Assembly: GCA_965112735.1 (NCBI GenBank)
Contig: OZ218956.1
Location: 496,001 to 560,000, forward strand
Length of the DNA: 64,000 nucleotides
Source: Phaeosaccion multiseriatum
Taxonomy: Eukaryota; Protista; Ochrophyta, other classes
Direction: 5' to 3'
Shown here: positions 1 to 11,767 of the stretch, in pieces
Layout: every line of letters begins with the position of its first letter
Numbering within the stretch: position 1 is the stretch's first letter
Notes under the pieces: model-generated
Seen by the model: the letters and a program-made list of their open reading frames with translations, nothing else
The model's database searches: none
Told to the model about the DNA's origin: nothing
Position numbers and translations under genes: made by a program

Positions 1-344
1 GCTCACAAAAGAGCAGCACCAGCGCAAAGAGCTTCATCAACCCGTGCAGCCCCCCATACAGGCAGAGTCAATTATCCAATACAGTCAGCAATGACAAACC
101 CAGCTGTGATCTGGATGACCAACTGGGGAACTTCCAACGGTGAGACGATCTGGCGGGGAGTTCGGGGGATAATACAAGTGAGAATCCTCAGCTGAATTAG
201 CAGCGCTTTAACAAATGAAGCACCGAGCGTAGAGCTGCAGCGCTCAGGAATGGCAAGCAGGGGAATGATATCCGGAGAGAAAATGGGGGGATCTCCCGGG
301 ATCTCCCAACCGCTGCCCTCTGTACCTTGCGTTAGGTTCGACAG

Positions 345-1471
345 ATGAGGCCGCGGTCGGGCTTGCCAGCCCCGCTGCGCCGCGGCTTGTGGAAGAGGCT
401 GCGGCGCGGCTGGATCTCGGGCTCTGCCATTGGGCTTCTCTTTCTGGTTCTGAATCACGGCAGGGGCGTGGCCCGTGCTTTGGATGTGGATGTGGAGCTC
501 ACCAAATCCCAGGCTATTCAGCTCTATCAAAGCGGGCAGATCGCGTCTGCTATTGATCAGCTTGTTCATCTGATCGGCACTATAGAAGCAGATGCCGGTG
601 CGGGCGGGGGAGGGGCAATCGAAGCCGGGCAAGATGGCCCAGCAGCAGCAACAGCAGCAGCAGGCAGTGCGAGGGCCAGCCCCCCTTCGTCGATTGCGGA
701 CACGTACTTCACACTAGCACTCATGCTGCAGCAGCAGGGAGACTCTGCGGCCGCCATTGGCTTCTATCGAGGGGCCGTGGCGCTGGACGATGCACACGTG
801 GACGCCACGAACAACCTCGCTCTGGCCCTGGGGGAGGCGGGGGGAGAAGAGGTACGGGTCGGTCGTACGCAGGAGGGAGAGAGAGGGGATGAGAGAGGGG
901 GGATGGCAGTGGATGTGCGGGGCTCCTCTCACAGCGCTATTGTGTGCCACTGCTCCTAATGCTGCGCCTGGCATTGGTCATCGTACACTCACTCACTCTC
1001 TCACCCACTCACTCAGCCTGGGCGATGAAGATGCCACCATGTACGACACACGCCTCTCCCTGTGTCTTACTCTTGGTGGTGAGAAGACTTCTCCAGCCTC
1101 TTTACCCCTGCCCTCCCTCCCCCCCCTTACCCCGCCCGCCCCCTCTCGCGCCATCGCCCTTGTCGTTCTCCACTGAAACTCAAAGGCCGACGCAGCAGAG
1201 ATTGAAGATCTGTACCGGCGAGCGGCCCTCCTCTCTCCCGGCCACCGCTGGGCCCTCAACAACTTGGGCCTCCACCTGCTTAGGCAGCAGGGCACACGGG
1301 CACACGAGGCGGTGGAGGCCTTCCTTCTGGCCTTGGTGCACCATCCAAATGATCATGAGCTTCATTACAACGCTGCCGTGGCACTCGCTGAGCTCGGGAA
1401 CGTGGAGGCCGCAGCGGCACACTATGCCTCGGTGCTGCAGCTGGAGCCGCGGGTGAGAGAGAGAGCGAGAG

Positions 1472-1511
<40 letters not shown>

Positions 1512-4500
1512 GGAGAGAGACAGAGGGTGTCCATGCACATACGGAGTGTCAGGTGGTAGGGTTCCCAGGCATGAGGTAGCCTCAGGTGGGTCCTCTAGCC
1601 CAGTAGCGGAGCTCCACGCCCGTTTGTGGTGTGCTTGCTACTCCCTGGCTTTTTCATCTCGCATCCTCCTCCTCGCTGCAAACGGACCGTCTAATATATG
1701 AACGACCAATGCTACGCAACTTCCTCCCCCACCCTCCTCACTACTGCCGGGTCACACCACACCACACCGCAGCACATGGGAGCGATGCTGAACCTCGCGG
1801 CTCTGCACCACCGACACGGCGACCTTTCCGACGCCATTGATCACTACTCTGATGTGCTGCGCGTGTTGGAGGGCGAGGGGAGAGGGGGAGGGGGAGGGGG
1901 AGGAGGGGATAGAGCTCTCGAGGTACTCACGAGGGGAAACGTGGGCACTGCTCTGTACCAAGCGGGGCAGGCGAGAGCGGCCCTGCGGCAGCTGTTCGCA
2001 GTGCTCAGACTGCTGGAAGAGGAGGAGGAGGAGGAGGAGGAGGAGGGAGGGGAGGGTGGCGGCCACGGTACGGACTACGTCCAAACCGCCGTGGGGATAC
2101 GCAGGTCAGCATGTTGTTCTTGTTGGGGGGGGGGGGGCATAGAGAGGGGCTACCCAACTTGAGCTTCGCCTTCCTTTCCAAGGGAGCCAAGGAACCGTGC
2201 AGCCGGCCACCGGATCCCTGCACAGTCACACATCCCCTCCCCTCCCCTCCCCTCCCCTCCCTCTCATCCCTTCCCTGTTCTGACACCTCCTGGTCCATGT
2301 CCTGACACCAAGCAGGTGCCGAATCGCCATCTGTGATTGGGAGGGATGGGAGGACGCCACAATGGAGTTGGTGCGCTTGGTGGAGGAGGTGCAGCTCGCC
2401 CCACACTGCAATGCCGCCCTCAGCGCCAGCGGTAGGGGTGGGAGGGAAGAGACGGATATAGATGGGGGCGACAAAAGTAGAGGCAGTAGTCGCATACTCA
2501 CAGATACACGCACAGACGGCCCTGCTCTAGGCAGTAGCGATGGCAGCAGCACGCTCCCCTGTGCGCTCGCTGCAGGGAGGGGAGGGGACGGACCTTGGCC
2601 ATCCCTCCTTCCCTTCGACACGCTGCTGCTGCCACTGGTGCACCCCCTCTGGAGGCGCAGACTCGCGACAGTGCACTCCGCGCAGTGGGCGCACTTGGGG
2701 GAAGGGGGGGGGCAAAGTGGGCCCCAAAGTGGGCCCCAAAGTGGGCCCCGACGGAAAGGGCGTAGGCGGAAGGACAGGCAGGGGCCTCTCCTTGAACAGA
2801 TCAGGGAGGAGGAGGAGGGGGGGGGGGATGAGGGGCGGCGGCGTCGTGGGCAGCAGCCCCTGGTGGTGGGCTTCGTCGGTTACGACTTTGCGGACCACCC
2901 CACTGCGCACATGGTGGAGTGCCTCTTCCTGTGGCACCGGAGGCTGCAGCGCCTGCGGGAGGGACAAGAGCAGTTGGTGATACGGCAACAGCAGCAGTTG
3001 GTGATACAGCAGCAGGCCTTGATTCGCTACCTGGCCTACAGCTATGGGAGGGACGACGGGAGCGAAGTGCGCCTTCAGATCTCGCGCCTCAGTGACGGTT
3101 TCACTGACATGGCCCGCTGGAACCACCAAGAGGCCGCAAGTCAAATACGCAGAGACGGCGTCGCCATCTTGGTAGACCTGCAGGGCCACACACTCGGCAC
3201 TCGCACCGAGATCACTGCCCTCCGCCCGGCGCCCATCCAGGTCTCGTACCTTATATTTCCGGGCACGAGCGGGGCGCCTTTCGTTGACTACTTGCTGGCG
3301 GATAGGCACGTCGCGCCGCCGGAACATGTTCAGCACTACTCAGAGAAGCTTGTGTACATGCCCACCACATATCAGGTGTGTGTGTAATGCATGTGTATAT
3401 GCATGGGTGGGTGACCACGACTCACTGACGCGCGTCTCTCTGTCTTGTAATGTGTGCCGCGAGCAGGTGAACTGCTACGAGCGCTACAGCCTACGCCACC
3501 ACAGCGAAGGCCCTGACACTTGTCATGCCACTCATGCGTGCGGAGGGGGGGGGAGGGATACCCTTGTCCAGTCTGAGGGCACCTCCCACTCCGGAGGCGA
3601 GAAGGGTGCAACACCCACGCGAGAGCTCGAGAGGGCAAGACACGGACTGCCCTTGTCCGCTTCCTTCGTGTTTGTGAATCTCAACAAGGCCGACAAGCTG
3701 GAGCCTGCTGTGTTCGCGCTGTGGATGGACATTCTTAGGGAGGTGCGTTGCACACATACGTTGAGGAAGGGGGGGGGGAGAAGCAGGCCTTTACACCAGC
3801 TGCCTACCTATCTGCCCATCGATCTATGTATCAGTCTATCTATCGATCGATCTTCCTATCTATACATCCATCTATCTTCTATCCGTCTACCTACCTATGT
3901 ATCTATGTATCTGTCTATCTGTAAAGACCAGCTGTCTAATAGCCCCACGGCCACCCCCTTCCACTAAGAGCTCCGTCCTTGGCAGTCCGGTGGACGTTGT
4001 ATGGGCCCCGTGCTCGTTCCTCAGACACCCAAACTAACCTACATAACATGCCCCCCCCCCCCCCTCCTCGCCTCTAGGTCCCCGGTAGTGTCCTGTGGCT
4101 GCTGCAGCCCAGTCACAAGGGGGACGCTGGAGAGGCTGCCAAGGAGCACCTACACGCCGCCGCCAAGGCCCACGGGGTGCAGGCGAGTCGGCTCGTGTGG
4201 GCCCCAAGGGTACCCAAAGAGGACCACCTACGGCGCCAGGCACTGGGGGACTTGTTCCTGGACACACTTGGGTATGGGGCCCACTCTACGGCCACGGACG
4301 CGCTCAGGGGAGGGCTTCCGGTGCTTTCCATGGCAGGTAGGAGGAACCGGACTCGACTCGAGCATATAGGCACAGAGCGGAATGCAGAGGCGTAGGGGAA
4401 CAGAGCCGGACTACAAGACTGTCTACACGTAGTGTATGTGTAAAGTGTTGCGCAGGGGGGGCAAAAGCACCGTGCCGTGTTCCGAAATTCGTGCACCTCT

Positions 4501-5144
4501 GACCCCCCCTTGCGCATGTGTGTGTTTTCCTTTCTGCGTACCCCTCCTCTTCCTCTCCCTGTTGCCCCTCGTCGCTCTGTCTCCTGCTTCCTCGTCCCCC
4601 CGATCTTCCCCTCTTCTCTCCTCCCCCTCGTGCTCCTGCTCCACCAGGCGACTCGTTTGCCTCTCGAGTGGGAGTGTCCATCCTGTCGAGTAGCCCCAGC
4701 CCGCAGCACCTTTTGCTGTGCAGCAACCTTCGCGAATACCACTCCCTCGCCGTGCAGCTCGCCACCTCCAAGCAAGGCCAGCGGCTGCTCCAGACACTCC
4801 GAGAGGCCCTCTCAAGCGCAAACGCAAACTCGCCCCAGTCGCAACGGACGGAGAAGCAGCCGCAGCCACGGCGAGAACGAGAAGAAGGCAGGGGGCTGCT
4901 GTTTGATGCTTTGTCCCGCACAGTGGAGATGGACCGGGCGTTTCAAGCCATGTGGGAGGTGTATGTCGCGGCTGACGACCTCCGATACCACCGCCTCCAG
5001 CATCAGTACCACCCCCATGGCTATAGCGAGCAGTCCCCCCCTTCGCAGACGTTTGGAGTGCCCCGCGATTCGTCAGCCCCAACCCCCCCCGACCCGCACA
5101 CCCCGCACACCATGCATGTGGTGTTGGTGGGGGAGGCTCAGTAG
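345..5144 (+). CDS. TPR-containing GT41 glycosyltransferase (O-GlcNAc transferase/SEC-like), 7 exons: 345-851, 1186-1452, 1773-2104, 2316-3375, 3467-3742, 4078-4336, 4648-5144
   Basis: N-terminal TPR-like helices (AIGFYRGAVALDDAHVDATNNLALAL; YNAAVALAELGNVEAAAAHYASVLQLEP). GT41 catalytic motifs GFVGYDFADHPTAHM, ILVDLQGHT, RPAPIQVSYLIFPGTSGAPFVDYLLAD, NLNKADKLEP, DLFLDTLGYGAHSTATDAL and SRVGVSIL. GT-AG junctions keep the frame. Confidence 0.88.
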
Positions 5145-5806
5145 CCCAACTCGGCATCCCTAGACCTGACAACTTGTAGCTAACCGATCAGTAGCTAATC
5201 GATCAATCAATTGAGCGACATCCGCTGGGATAGATTCCCTTCTCCTCCGTACTTTACTTGCCCAACACCCAGCAGACAGAGGATGCAGCGAAGGGTCGAC
5301 TCATTGACCAGACCAGTCAGCAAGACTGCGGCCCCAATCGTCGGCGGAGAGCGACTCGCTTTCCAGGATGAAGCGACACATCTAATGGAAATTGAAAATT
5401 TATTGATGAAGCGACACATCTCCAGGGCGTCGGTGCAGTCTGCATCCTCTGGCAAGCTGCTCAAGTCCCGTACGTAATGGCACGTAACCTTCGAGGACCT
5501 GTGACAAGGAGCATGACTGCTGCGGAGCTCATTTCATCACGAACATTTCGCGAAGAAGAGAGTGGTAGAGCACTGTTCTTATCGAAACTCGATACCCTGG
5601 TAGAGGCTAAGCTAAGTGGAGGGAGGAGAGGAGGGGAGGAGGGGAAGGGTACTTTGGAGACAAATGGAAATTGAAAATTTATTCCGCCGCATGAAGCCTT
5701 CATTGACTTACGTGGCGCTTGCCGTTGGGCACTTTCGTCGAGACGTGAGATTAAAATAATAATTATTCTACCACGCGCTTCAAGAGAGAGCGTTCAAGAG
5801 GTGAAC

Positions 5807-8084
5807 ATGGTGACCGCAGTCCTGCAGCACACGGCTGCTGTTCCGCCTCTGAGCAAAGGCTCCAATCCAAGGTGCGGTCTCTCTTCCCCTGTGTTTGTCT
5901 TCCCTCTCATCTTGTGCTCCATGAATCATGCTTAAGGGTTGCCTGTTAGTAACACTCCTCCTCCCCCTCAGGACCCCCCCCTCCTCCTGGCTCATGCTGC
6001 TCCCTCATCATAAGGGTAGTACTACCAATCTCACGTTAAAACCCTTCTCCTTGTACCCATCAAAAATGCTCCAACACTTGCCGCCGTGGTGATTCCCGAT
6101 CTTTCAGGTCCGAGACGAGGGAGGAGAAAAAGGAGGAGGCGCACCAAACAAGGCTTAGGAGAAGCACCTCTCCTCGATCCCTCATCGGTATAAAGAATGT
6201 GCATCCTCTCCTTGCCTTCCGGGAGGAGCACCGGGAGCGTGCGGCGAAGGCCAAGACAGCGAAGGAGAGGGCAGCGGAGGCAGAGGCTGAGCGGGTGAAG
6301 CAGAGAGCAGCAGAGGCAGAAGCTGAGCAGGAGAGGCAGAGGGCAGCAGAGGCTGAGGCCGAGAAGGCGAAGGAGATGGCAGCAGAGGCAGAGGCCGCAG
6401 CAGCAGCGGCGGCGCTCTTCGAGGACACAGCGGAGTCCTCACAGTCCCCGACCTGCTCCAAGTTGAGGGGCACGGAGGAGGATTTGAGGGGCGCGGAGGA
6501 CACTATGGACCTCGAGATGGACGAGGAGCTGGACAGGGCCATGGAGGCTGCGGCTGCGGAGGGGAAGGGGGTTGTGGCGGTGGGCGGTGCGGCCGTCGAC
6601 CCGAGCGACCGCCTGCAGGAGGCCATCGAGAGGGCCGTGGACCTCATTTTGGACACAGAAACAGAGCCGGAGTGCGAAGCAGTTGGGGGGCAGGACAGCC
6701 TCCTAACCGCTCTGGGGGCTCATGGCGTCGCGGCGATGGTCGCCTTTCCGCTCAAGAGCGCTGATGAGAAGGGGAGCTTCTCCCCCTGTGGTGAGGGTGG
6801 AGAGTCTGCTGCGAAGACACAACAGGCTGCCAGCGGCGCCGAAGCGGGGCAGCACGTCGTAGCGCTCACCACCCAGGAGCTCGTGGTGGTGCACATTGAC
6901 TCTACACACAGCAAAGTCACCCTCCTCAACCGGATGGGCCCTGCGAACATCGAATTCGTTTATCTGCTCTTCGGTGCGGCGGTGCGGGAGGGGGGAGAGC
7001 AACCTGCCGTGGGGGCGAGGAGAGCGGACCTCTGCCTGCAGGTGAATATGGGTGTGGGGCACACGTCACTCAGGCGGGGGTACAGAGAGGCGAGGGTCCA
7101 GTAGGGAGAGGGAGGGGGGAGGAGGGGGAAGCGAAGCCACGGTGGGGGAGGTCTGCCCATTGTCTTCCGCCGATCTCACTGGGCTTCTTGATACGAGAGA
7201 GAAGCGGAGGGTGTCTTCTGTTACGCCACCTTTCCTCTCTCTCACATTCCTTTGTCTCTTGTCGCCCCCACCCCCTCCCCCCCCCCCAGACGGACGAGGG
7301 CTACCAGCGGATTGAATTCCTTAGCAATGACGACAGAGGCGCCTTCCTGGAAGGGCTCGTGGACTGGCACGAAGCAGCGACGGAGGAGTGGGAGGAGGAG
7401 CCCAAGGAGCTCGAGATGGACATGGTGAGCGAAGGGGCCCTCGATGAAGCCCTGGCCACCGCTGCTGCTGCGCTGACTAGAAAGGCCGCCATGGCTGCCG
7501 ACAAGAGCCGTCGGAGGAAGCGGCGTTTGCTCCTCACGGGTCTGCTGGGTCTGTCCACGGCCTGGGCACCCTTCTTCCCGGACGTCTTCTCGCCTCCCTC
7601 GTCTCCTACTTCGGCCATGCTTCCTCCCTCGACGGGGTCAGTAGCCTCGCTTGAGCAGGACCACGGCCAGAGGAGGCTGCTGTCTGTCATGGCCACGGGC
7701 GAGCCCTCCTCGGGCGAGACAGTTACAGTAGTTTCAAGGTCCGGACATGTGCACGAGGAGAAGTGGTCTCGGGAGCAAACACCTATCGGTGGTGAGACTG
7801 CTGCTGCTGCTGCTGCTGCGGATGCCGCTCCCTCTCCCCACAGTTTCGTTCCCAAGGTGGAGGAGGTGCCGCAGCTCCAAGAGAATTTGTTTTCCTACCT
7901 TCAAATGAAGACTCGACGGAGCGCCTGGGTCATGCAGCCCCGTCTGCAGCTCGGGGAGGAGGAGGAGGAAGGGAAGGGGGGCTCGAAGGGGGGAGGGGAT
8001 AGGCGGCAGCAGCAGCAGCAGCATACCAATGGGTTTTTCTCGTCCATGGCGCACAAGTTAAAGAGCAGCCCCGCCGTCGGATAA
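5807..8084 (+). CDS. Hypothetical protein: Glu/Ala/Arg coiled coil, possible PH-like domain, hydrophobic segment. Exons ~5807-5871, 6108-7041, 7290-8084
   Basis: ORFs 6199-7104 and 7188-8084 join via CAG|GTGAAT...CCCAG|ACG. The phase-2 first exon is compatible. A beta-rich stretch ends in helix DRGAFLEGLVDW, and a basic cluster precedes LLLTGLLGLSTAWAPFF. The start exon is uncertain. Confidence 0.55.
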
Positions 8085-9203
8085 CCGACACGCGGTAGGA
8101 GAAGAAAGTAACGACAGAGAGAGAGAGAGGGGGATGGTAGACTTGCGCTTGGGCGGCTGGTCAAAGTGAGTGGTGGCCTGCGTGTGTGTGTGTGTGTGTG
8201 TGTGGGGGGGGGGGGGGAGGGGGGTGTTGGAATACACGAGGACGGCACCACTTCGGCGGCAAGGGCAGGGTGCGAGGGGGGCGGGCAGCACCCTTTGGAA
8301 GGGGTTGGCCGCTCCTCTTGCACTTGAGGACCAAGGGTGTGTTCCAAACCGCAGCAGAGAATGGATAAGTGGGTGGGTGTAAGCAGAGGAAAGAGAAGGG
8401 AACGGAAGGTAGATGTAGTGTTCGTAGTGTAGTGGATTTAGATGCGTGAGAGGGTTAGTTCGTTACGGAATCATTGGCTAATTGATACCTTGACAAGTGA
8501 CAGTTCTTCTTTGCGAAGCCGCCTCCGACTCTCCCGCCCCATTGCTTCACGTGACCCACTTCTCGCCGAGGAGAGGCTCAGGCGCCAAAGCTATGCACCT
8601 TCGAGTGCCATCCGCGTGGCGAAAAGAGCACTCGCTTCCCCCCCCGTACACGTCAAAACACACACGGTGTTTACTCCAGCCTTCTTCCAAGCTCTCTTCG
8701 AGTCTGAGAGGGAGGGAGAGGTAGCTGCTGCTGGTGCGGCATCTTCCTCATGACCTCAGCTCTCTCTGCCTCCCCGCTTTCCTCCCCCTCCCCTCTTCTC
8801 TCCGTCTCTCTCTCTCCCTCTCTCGTATGTGCTTGCCGTAGCTGTTCTCCAATGCTACTGCACTGCTCCGAGTGCCCATCCCCTCCTCTGCTCCTCTGCC
8901 TCCCGGACACCTCCTGCTGGACAGGTGAGCAGACCACGAAGCAGCCAAGTTGAGCGCCCCTGCTCGCCCCTCAGCCCCCCCCCACTCTGTCCACGAGCTG
9001 TATGGTGCAGTGTTGTTGACCGAGAGCACACGACGGGCGTCCTTCTCCTACATGCGGTCTCGGTTAAGCGTGGCACACCTCAGCTCATGGACAAAGAGGG
9101 GAGAAGGCAGAGCGGAGCCAAGCCACGAGCAGGGCCCACTTGACTACGTACACCTTCAGACCGTTACACCGTTACATCGCACTATGGCACGAGGAGGTGC
9201 CGC

Positions 9204-10986
9204 TCAGAAGGCAGAAGACAGGCGCTTCACCCTTCTCTCGAAGGCCTTGCGGTGGTCGCTCCTTCCCCCATACTTCTTGATAACGTCGTCTCTGTCTTGT
9301 CCTTCTGTGACAACGGCGGGCCCCGCAACAGTCCCCTTCGAGTCGCTGTGATTCGGCGCGACAGCCCCTCCTCGTCCTCGCCATCCACTGCCATCCCCTC
9401 CTCCTCCTCTTCCTCCCTGCCTGCTGCGGATGGTACTGATAGTGCGAGTGCCGGTGCTGCGCGGCGCTGAGGCCACGCCTTCTTTGTCCGTTGCAGCGAC
9501 GCTGTGCTTCCCCTTCCCCTTCCTACTTGCGGCACCCCTGCTCCTCGCCAGGGTCACCGGTGCTTGAGGCGCAAGCGGGGAAGAAGGCTGTAACGGAGAG
9601 GTGGCGGCTCCCTGCTGCTCCCACCACTTGTGCGAGGTTTCCGCGTGAAGCAGCTGCTCCACCTTGCGGTCGCTGCTCACCTGCGGTCCTCAGGCCAGAC
9701 GCACCGCCCAGAGAGGACAGACAGAGCAGAGAGGGCAGAGAGGTCAATTGATGAGTAGCCATCGAACACAGAGAGACGGCGAGCAGCAAGGCGCACCGTA
9801 CACATTATACTTGGCCTAAGGAGCCCCTCCCACCTCCTCTGCAGACAGGACAGAGCAGCGGCCGTACCTCGTGCTGGTGGGCGTTGTATTCCTCCTGCTC
9901 AGCGACGATGGCGTCGTCCGGGTCGTCTCCGTAGCCGCACCCCCACACGCCCTCCACATCTTCCTCCTCTTCCTCCTGCTCGTCCTCCTCCTCCTCCTCC
10001 TCCTGCTCCTCCTCCTGCTCCTCTTCCTGCTCCTCTTCCTGCTCCTCCTCCTCTCCCTCTTCCCCCTCCTCCTCCTCCTCATTCCTGCGCTTCTTCCCCT
10101 GCCGGGCGGCCGCAGCAGACGCGCCGCCGCCATCAGATCCGTCTGCGCCGCCCCTCTTCCTCCTCCCTTTACTGCTTCCCCTCACCCCTGCCCCCTTCTT
10201 GACGGCCTCCTTAGCCCCCCTTCGCGCCCCCCTTCTTGTGGATCGGGCTGCCGCTTTGCTTGCCCCCCACCCCTCCTCGTCATCCATAGTGCCTTCGCTA
10301 TCTTGCGTGCTACTATCCTCCCCACCGTCGGGCTCCTTCCGCCTGGAGATCCTGGCCTTCGAAGGCGTGCCCCCCTTTCCAATTCCCTTCCCTTTCCCCT
10401 TCCCCCTAGCCGCCACTGCTGGTTTCTTCTTTCCCGCCTCTCCGCCGGGAGCAAAGCCACTGTCATCGGTCTCCTCCTCCTCCTCCTCCTCCTCCTCGCC
10501 TTCCACCTCCTCCTCGTTCTCTGCCTCCTCTCCGCTATCATGTACCCGCTTTTTCTTGATGCTCTTCTGTCTGTGCTCCTGCTGCTGCGCTAAAGCCTTC
10601 CACGTGCTCTTGCTCTTCCCCCGCTCCTTCTCCTCACGCTCGCCTTGCTCCTCTTCGTCCTGCTCCTCGAAGACGGCATCCTTAAAGACGGAGTCCTCGC
10701 TCTCTTCGTGCCCGTCGTATCCCGGATCATGTTCCAGAGGAGCACCTCCTGGGTTGGGAGGCTCTTTCTTTACTTTCTTGCTCCCGCGCTTTCCACCCCC
10801 AGCAGCCCTTCCACCATATCCCCTGTCTTCCTCTGCTTCGCGCCCCTTTCTCTTCCCCGGCCGCTGAGGCTGCTTCTGCTTCTTGTCCAGGACGGATGGC
10901 GCGTCGACCATCCGTGTTCTGCTTACAGCGAGCAGCCCTTGACGTGGCTTCCGAGAACGAGGGCTCCTCCTCAGATGATGCTCCAT
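9204..10986 (-). CDS. Hypothetical highly charged (acidic tracts plus Lys/Arg clusters), probably disordered nuclear protein. Exons 10986-9868 and 9680-9204
   Basis: ORF 9805-10986 has a GAG|GTACGG donor at 9867, and the CCGCAG| acceptor at 9681 continues in frame into ORF 9204-9680. Poly-Glu tracts and NLS-like basic clusters are present. Confidence 0.6.
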
Positions 10987-11767
10987 TTTTACTTCAACCT
11001 TTGTTCCGCCGGTCCGTTCTCTTCAGGACAAGGGCCCCCTTGCCTTGCTTCCCGAGATTATTATGTCACCTCCTCCCTTCTCGCTCCTCACTAAAGGGAT
11101 GGGGGTGCATCCACTGCCTCGGTTCGCTCGGCGGGAACAAGGGCGAATAATCCGAAACTCACACTCACACCATCCGTTTGCGATTCTCGATTGTGGGAAA
11201 ATCGATGATCACGGAGTAGACGCTCAGGAGAGAGGGAGAGAGAAAGCTGCGCTTACTCCACACGTTAAGGAATGTGAGATGGCTGTCAAGTAGCAACGGC
11301 CTGCTCACCAAACTTGACTTTGATGCCTTCTCTCTCTCTTTCCCCTTTTGCCTTTGGACCCGTATTGGAGCTCTGTTTGTCTACAGAGTAGTACTTCGTA
11401 TTGCTCACCTGTCCTTGTCCTCGTGCCGTAGGTCTCCCTTGAGCGTGGCTGCTTCTTTAACGCGCTGCTGTGACCCAACTTCTTCATCAAACCCGCCCTT
11501 CGACCCCCCCCCCACAAAGGAATAGAGAACACGCCGCAGGGGAGGGATCCAAGGCAAATGTGAGCGTGCGAGAGACACGCTTGAATGCAAAGTATTTGAA
11601 GTGCCTGAGCAGCCGCAGTTGAGAAGCTCCATCTTGGCGGTTGCGGACGTACAGGGAGAGAGAGAGAGCAGAATAGAAAGAGGGGATTTCGGAAGGCCCT
11701 TGGGTGAAGCGCAGTGGCAGGAGCAGGAGAAGCAGCAGGCACTTGGAGCAGCGGGTGAAACGCCACC

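Noticed and set aside
1-37. Possible start of a divergent minus-strand gene (MKLFALVLLF..., signal-peptide-like)
   Set aside because: Only 12 codons lie in the window, so it cannot be supported.
9871-10593. Leu-rich plus-strand ORF resembling a membrane protein
   Set aside because: It is the reverse complement of poly-Glu (GAG)n codons in the minus-strand gene.
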